From Longimicrobiales bacterium (GTDB lineage: Bacteria; Gemmatimonadota; Gemmatimonadetes; Longimicrobiales; Gaopeijiaceae): DNA of 64,000 nt. A model generated the notes under the pieces. That model had not been told where the DNA came from. It did not search any database and saw only the letters and a list, made by a program, of their open reading frames with translations. A program made the position numbers and the translations under genes. This document shows, piece after piece, positions 59,649 to 64,000 of this stretch; positions within the stretch are counted from its first letter, which is position 1, and each line of letters starts with the position of its first letter. The stretch spans positions 1,888,001-1,952,000 of the forward strand of contig OZ242008.1 of the NCBI GenBank assembly GCA_965204735.1, given 5' to 3'.

Positions 59649-60479
59649 ATGTTCGACCCGGAGTGCTTCACCCTCTTCGCCGGACCCTGCGCGCTGGAGG
59701 ACGACGAGCTGAACGTGGCGGTCGCGAAAGCGGTCAAGGCCGCCGGGGCCGCCGTCGGAGTGCCGGTCGTCTTCAAGGGTTCGTTCGACAAGGCGAACCG
59801 GTCTCGTCTCAGGTCCCCCCGGGGTCCCGGCTTGGCAGAGGGACTGGAGCGGCTGCGGACCGTCAAGGCGGAGACGGGAGTGGCGGTGCTGACCGACGTT
59901 CACGAGCCGGCCCAGGCGGAGCGCGCGGCCGAGGTGGCCGACGTGGTTCAGGTCCCCGCGTTCCTCTGCCGCCAGACCGACCTGCTGGTGGCGGCCGGGC
60001 GCACCGGGAAGGCGGTGAACGTGAAGAAGGGGCAGTGGATGTCGCCGGAAGCGATGGCCGGCGCCGTGGAGAAGGTCCGGTCGGGCGGCGGCGGGCCGGT
60101 CCTGGTCACGGAGCGGGGATCGGTCTTCGGGTACGGCGACTTGGTGGTGGACATGCGCTCGTTCGCCCGCATCCGGCAAGCCGCCGGCGTCCCGGTCGTC
60201 TTTGACGCCACGCACTCGGTGCAGCGCCCGGGCCGCGGCGACGACGGCTCCTCCGGTGGGTCGCCCGAGCACGTCGGCGCCCTGGTTCGCGCCGCGGCGG
60301 CGGCAGGTTGCGACGGCCTCTTCCTGGAGACGCACCCGGAGCCGTCGGCGGCGCCGTCGGACGGGGCCAACATGCTGCCTCTTGCCGCGCTGTCGGGAAC
60401 GCTGGCCCAGGTGGCGGCGATACGGCAGGCCCTTTCCTGCGAGACGAATCCAGCCCTTTCCTACGAGACGAATCCATGA
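59649..60479 (+). CDS. kdsA: KDO8P synthase
   Basis: AGPC; SFDKANRS; PAFLCRQT; VKKGQ; FDATHSVQ. Confidence 0.96.
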   Translation: MFDPECFTLFAGPCALEDDELNVAVAKAVKAAGAAVGVPVVFKGSFDKANRSRLRSPRGPGLAEGLERLRTVKAETGVAVLTDVHEPAQAERAAEVADVVQVPAFLCRQTDLLVAAGRTGKAVNVKKGQWMSPEAMAGAVEKVRSGGGGPVLVTERGSVFGYGDLVVDMRSFARIRQAAGVPVVFDATHSVQRPGRGDDGSSGGSPEHVGALVRAAAAAGCDGLFLETHPEPSAAPSDGANMLPLAALSGTLAQVAAIRQALSCETNPALSYETNP

Positions 60480-61030
60480 GCGGCGCAGATATCCCGGAGA
60501 CAACGGCCCGGCGCATCCGCCTCGTCGTACTGGACGTGGACGGCACCCTCACCGACGGCGGCATCTACGTCGGCGACGGCAGCGCGCCCTTCGAGATGAA
60601 GCGGTTTCACGTGGAGGACGGCATCGCGGTCCGAATGATGAGGCGGGCAGGCTTGCACGTGGCGATCGTGTCGGGAAGGGTGTCGCCGGCCACGGACCTG
60701 CGGGCGGCGGAGCTGGGCATCGCCGACGTTCACCAGGACCCCAACGCGCACAAGATGCCGACCGTGGAGCGGATCCTGGCGGCGAAGCAGGTCGAGTGGC
60801 GCGAGACGGCCGTGCTGGGCGACGACTTGGCCGACCTGCCCCTCATGCGGAAAGCGGGGCTGCCGGCCACGGTGGCCAACGGAGTGCCGGAGGTCTGCCG
60901 GGTCGCGACGTGGAAGAGCGCGCGCAGGGGAGGGCAGGGGGCCGCGCGGGAGTTCGCCGAGGCCCTCCTGCGGGCGCGGGGACAGTGGGACGAGCTCGTG
61001 GATGAGTACTGTCGCGACCGCGGAGGCTGA
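60476..61030 (+). CDS. kdsC: KDO8P phosphatase (HAD)
   Basis: LDVDGTLTDG; GDDLAD; GGQGAARE. Confidence 0.93.
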   Translation: MSGADIPETTARRIRLVVLDVDGTLTDGGIYVGDGSAPFEMKRFHVEDGIAVRMMRRAGLHVAIVSGRVSPATDLRAAELGIADVHQDPNAHKMPTVERILAAKQVEWRETAVLGDDLADLPLMRKAGLPATVANGVPEVCRVATWKSARRGGQGAAREFAEALLRARGQWDELVDEYCRDRGG

Positions 61031-61997
61031 CGCCGCCCTGCACCCGATCCTGGCGGAAGGCCGGCGGGTGCTGCGGACCGAGGCCGAGGCCGTGGCGTCG
61101 CTGGCCGGACGCCTCGACGTCGAGTTCGTGCGGGCGGTGGAGCTGGTGGCTTCCTGCCGCGGCCGGGTGGTGGTGTCGGGAGTCGGCAAGTCGGGGATCG
61201 TGGCCCGCAAGGTGGCGGCGACCCTCACCTCCATCGGCACGCCGGCCGTCTTTCTCCACCCGGTGGAGGGGCTTCACGGCGACCTGGGGATCGTGGGCCC
61301 GTCGGACGTGATGGTCCTCCTCTCCAAGAGCGGCTCCACGGCGGAGCTGGAAGGAGTGCTGGAGTTCGCCGAAGCCGGCGGCGTGCCGGTCGTGGCCCTG
61401 GTCGGCGCCAAGGACTCTCCCCTGGGACGCCGGGCCGGCGCCGCGATCGACTGCGGCGTGGCGGCCGAAGCGTGTCCGATGGACTTGGCGCCCACCTCGT
61501 CCACCACGGCCGCCATGGCCGCGGGCGACGCCTTGGCGGTGGCCGTCCTGGGCCGGCGCGAGTTTCGGCCCGAGGACTTCGCGCGGATCCACCCCGGCGG
61601 AGCGCTGGGCCGGCGCCTGACCCTGCAGGTAGGGGACATCATGGAGTCGGCCCGCTACCCGTCGGTGTCCAGCGGGGCCGTGGCCCGGGAGATCGTCGTG
61701 CCCCTCGCGCGGATGCGGGGCACGGTCCCGGTGGTCGACGAGGTTCAGCAGGTGGTGGGCGTGGTGACCGCCGGCGACCTCACCCGCCTGATGGAGCGCA
61801 CCGACGACTTCCTGGACGTGCCTGTGGCCGAGTTCATGACCCGCTCGCCCAGGCTGGCTTCCCCGAACGATCTGGCGGCTGCGGCGCTGAGGCGGATGCA
61901 GGAGCACGGGATCATGGCGATGCCCGTGGTGAGCGACGCCGGGGCCCTGGCGGGCGTCGTGCACCTCCACGACCTGCTGCGGGCGGGCGCGGCGTGA
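61002..61997 (+). CDS. kdsD: Arabinose-5-phosphate isomerase (KpsF/GutQ)
   Basis: GVGKSG; HGDLG; APTSST; HPGGALG; CBS pair. Confidence 0.94.
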   Translation: MSTVATAEADAALHPILAEGRRVLRTEAEAVASLAGRLDVEFVRAVELVASCRGRVVVSGVGKSGIVARKVAATLTSIGTPAVFLHPVEGLHGDLGIVGPSDVMVLLSKSGSTAELEGVLEFAEAGGVPVVALVGAKDSPLGRRAGAAIDCGVAAEACPMDLAPTSSTTAAMAAGDALAVAVLGRREFRPEDFARIHPGGALGRRLTLQVGDIMESARYPSVSSGAVAREIVVPLARMRGTVPVVDEVQQVVGVVTAGDLTRLMERTDDFLDVPVAEFMTRSPRLASPNDLAAAALRRMQEHGIMAMPVVSDAGALAGVVHLHDLLRAGAA

Positions 61998-62608
61998 GGA
62001 CGGCGAACCCGAGCCGCAACCCCCGACGGGCGCTGTCCGCCCGAGGCGGACGCAAAGCGCCCCCGGCGTCGAACGCGACCTTTGCAGGGGCGGTCCTGGC
62101 CGCAGGACTGGCGGCGTGCGGCACTCCGGCCGGCGAGAGTGCGCCGGCGGAGCTCTCCGCGGCCGGCGCCGACCACGTCACGTACGGCGTCACCAGACGC
62201 TTCTCGCGCAACGGCGTGGAAGAGGCGCTGCTGCGGGCCGACAGCATGTACATGTGGGACGACTCGTCCCGCGTCCGCCTGATGGGCTTGACCCTGGAAG
62301 TGGTCGGCGAGGGCGGTAGCCGCCGCGCCGTGATCACGGCGGAGAGGGGCCGCATGGACATGGCCGGCGAAGAGCTGGTGGCGTCGGGGAACGCGGCCTT
62401 GTCGATCCCCTCGGAGGGCCGCGAGATCAGCAGCGCCGAGCTGCGCTTCGTCCTCGCCGGAAGCCGTGAGCGCAGGATCGAAACCGACTCGACCGTCACG
62501 ATGCGCGAAGGAGGCTGCACGATGCAGGGCGACGGCCTCAGGTCCGATCTCGCCTTCGACGAGCTGAGGATCCTGGGCGCCCGGGAGGGCCAGTGCCCCG
62601 GCCAGTGA
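61994..62608 (+). CDS. lptC: LPS export protein LptC-like lipoprotein
   Basis: LAAC lipobox; beta-rich ALLRADS..ITAERG..IETDSTV; position after kdsD. Confidence 0.7.
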   Translation: MRTANPSRNPRRALSARGGRKAPPASNATFAGAVLAAGLAACGTPAGESAPAELSAAGADHVTYGVTRRFSRNGVEEALLRADSMYMWDDSSRVRLMGLTLEVVGEGGSRRAVITAERGRMDMAGEELVASGNAALSIPSEGREISSAELRFVLAGSRERRIETDSTVTMREGGCTMQGDGLRSDLAFDELRILGAREGQCPGQ

Positions 62609-64000
62609 CGCGGAACCGGCGTCGGAACGGTCGCGGCTGGGCGGTGCCGGCGCTGATCGCGACGGCGGGAGCGGCGACGGGCGTCGGCGGGTTCCATGCC
62701 GGAGCGGCGGGACAAACGGCGTGCCGGCTGGTGGAGGTGGGGGGCTACACGCTGAGCGCCCGCAACACGGTCGGGTCCTACACGCACTATGCGTCCGGGG
62801 GCGTGGACTACCGTTGCGCCGACGGGGTCCGAATCGTGGCCGACTCGGCCGTGGGGTTCGAGACCAACAGCACGCTGAACCTCTACGGCCGAGTCCGCTT
62901 CGAGGACCTGGAGGTGATCCTCGAGGCGGGGCAGGCAATCTACTTCGGCGAGGCCCGCTACCTGCGCGCGACCCACGGCTCCCGCGTCGAGTACAAGAAC
63001 ACGGGAACGGTCGTCGCCGGCGAGGAGCTGGACTACTACCGGCAATCCGAGCATCGGGCCGTGGACGAAATGACGGTCCGAGGCGGCCGCCCCCATGCGA
63101 CCGTGTATCCGCAGGTTGCGTCCGAAGCGTCCCGCGAAGAGGCGCGGTCCGATGATCCGCCGACCGAGGAGACCTCCAGCGACAACCCGCCCGCCGCCGA
63201 CGAAGCCTCCGCAGAGGACGTCCTCGCCGAAGAGGCTCCGTCCGCCACGCCGGCGCCGGAGGAGGATCCGCCCGCCGACCTGCCGCCGGCCAAGGAGCTT
63301 CCGCCCTACGAGATCGACGCGGAGCGCTTCGTTGTCGAGGGGCGTCGGGCGTTTCGGGCAGTGAACGACGTCGTGCTGGTCCGGGACGCCCTTCGGGCAA
63401 CCGGCGATACCCTTTTCTACGATCAGGAATCCGGGGCCATGTCGATGCGGGGCGAGCCTCGGGTCGGAGACGGCCGCTTCGACTTGGATGCCGAGTCGAT
63501 CTCCATCACGCCGGCGTCGCCGGGAAACGAGAACATACTGGCCAGCGGCGACGCCGCCTTGGCCGGGGCGGCCGTCGCGATCGAGGCGCCGGCGATCAGA
63601 CTCTTCCTGGAAGACGGCGACCTGGGCCGCCTCGTCGCCCTGGCGACGGCCCCCGCCGCGCCCGCCGCCGTTCCGCCCGACGTCGCCGGCATGACCCCGG
63701 GGGACCAAGTCCGCGTCGCCGAGATGGCCGCCGCCGCTGCCGCCGCCGAGCGGTCCGACCCCGCCGACGCGCCCGATTCGCTCCCTCGCCCGGCCGCCTA
63801 CGCCGAGGACCTGACGCTGGTCGCCGACTCCATCGAAGTCCTCTCGCCGGGCCAAGTCCTTCGAGTGCTCACCGCCGTGGGAACGGCCCGGGCCGTGGCG
63901 GTCCGGACGGACTCGGCCGACCAGGAGCTGCCGGAAGTCGCCCGCAACGACTGGATGGAAGGCGACACGATCGTGGCCGACTTCGTGCCGCCGGGCCCCG
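62605..64000 (+). CDS. OstA/LptA-like beta-jellyroll protein (3' truncated by window)
   Basis: Open frame from GTG 62605 to the window end; signal-like N-terminus; IVADSA, ATGDTL, LVADSI repeats; follows lptC. Confidence 0.65.
   Translation, partial: MTRNRRRNGRGWAVPALIATAGAATGVGGFHAGAAGQTACRLVEVGGYTLSARNTVGSYTHYASGGVDYRCADGVRIVADSAVGFETNSTLNLYGRVRFEDLEVILEAGQAIYFGEARYLRATHGSRVEYKNTGTVVAGEELDYYRQSEHRAVDEMTVRGGRPHATVYPQVASEASREEARSDDPPTEETSSDNPPAADEASAEDVLAEEAPSATPAPEEDPPADLPPAKELPPYEIDAERFVVEGRRAFRAVNDVVLVRDALRATGDTLFYDQESGAMSMRGEPRVGDGRFDLDAESISITPASPGNENILASGDAALAGAAVAIEAPAIRLFLEDGDLGRLVALATAPAAPAAVPPDVAGMTPGDQVRVAEMAAAAAAAERSDPADAPDSLPRPAAYAEDLTLVADSIEVLSPGQVLRVLTAVGTARAVAVRTDSADQELPEVARNDWMEGDTIVADFVPPGP

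Overview
High-GC bacterial chromosome segment. The gene order and protein styles suggest Gemmatimonadota, but this is inference. Two conserved housekeeping blocks flank a ~19 kb accessory island. Block 1 (1-36475) holds a comM-like end, a cysteine desulfurase-like gene, a sigma-54 regulator, a sigma-70 factor, rplM-rpsI-rpsB-tsf-pyrH-frr-uppS-cdsA-dxr-rseP, sugar-nucleotide genes, serS, a histidine kinase, uvrD, murA, rimP-nusA-infB-rbfA-truB-ribF, an S41 protease and nadE. An intact IS1202-family element with a 16-bp target duplication sits just before the rplM promoter, and an orphan CRISPR-like 61-bp-period array lies at 17571-17782. The island (~36476-55521) looks like a defence/DNA-modification hotspot. 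It contains a broken DUF3696-type AAA ATPase split by an 824-bp cassette (secreted HNH-like gene plus repeats), two tandem HhH-GPD glycosylase-like paralogues separated by IS630, vapC remnants with an intact antitoxin, three DNA methyltransferases, a DUF5131-TcmP pair, a Schlafen/AlbA protein and a PLD-SNF2 helicase. Block 2 (55457-64000) holds trpG/pabA-kdsB-pyrG-kdsA-kdsC-kdsD-lptC and an OstA-like gene. No rRNA, tRNA, cas or integrase gene was recognised. All family calls come from motifs read by eye, not from database searches.
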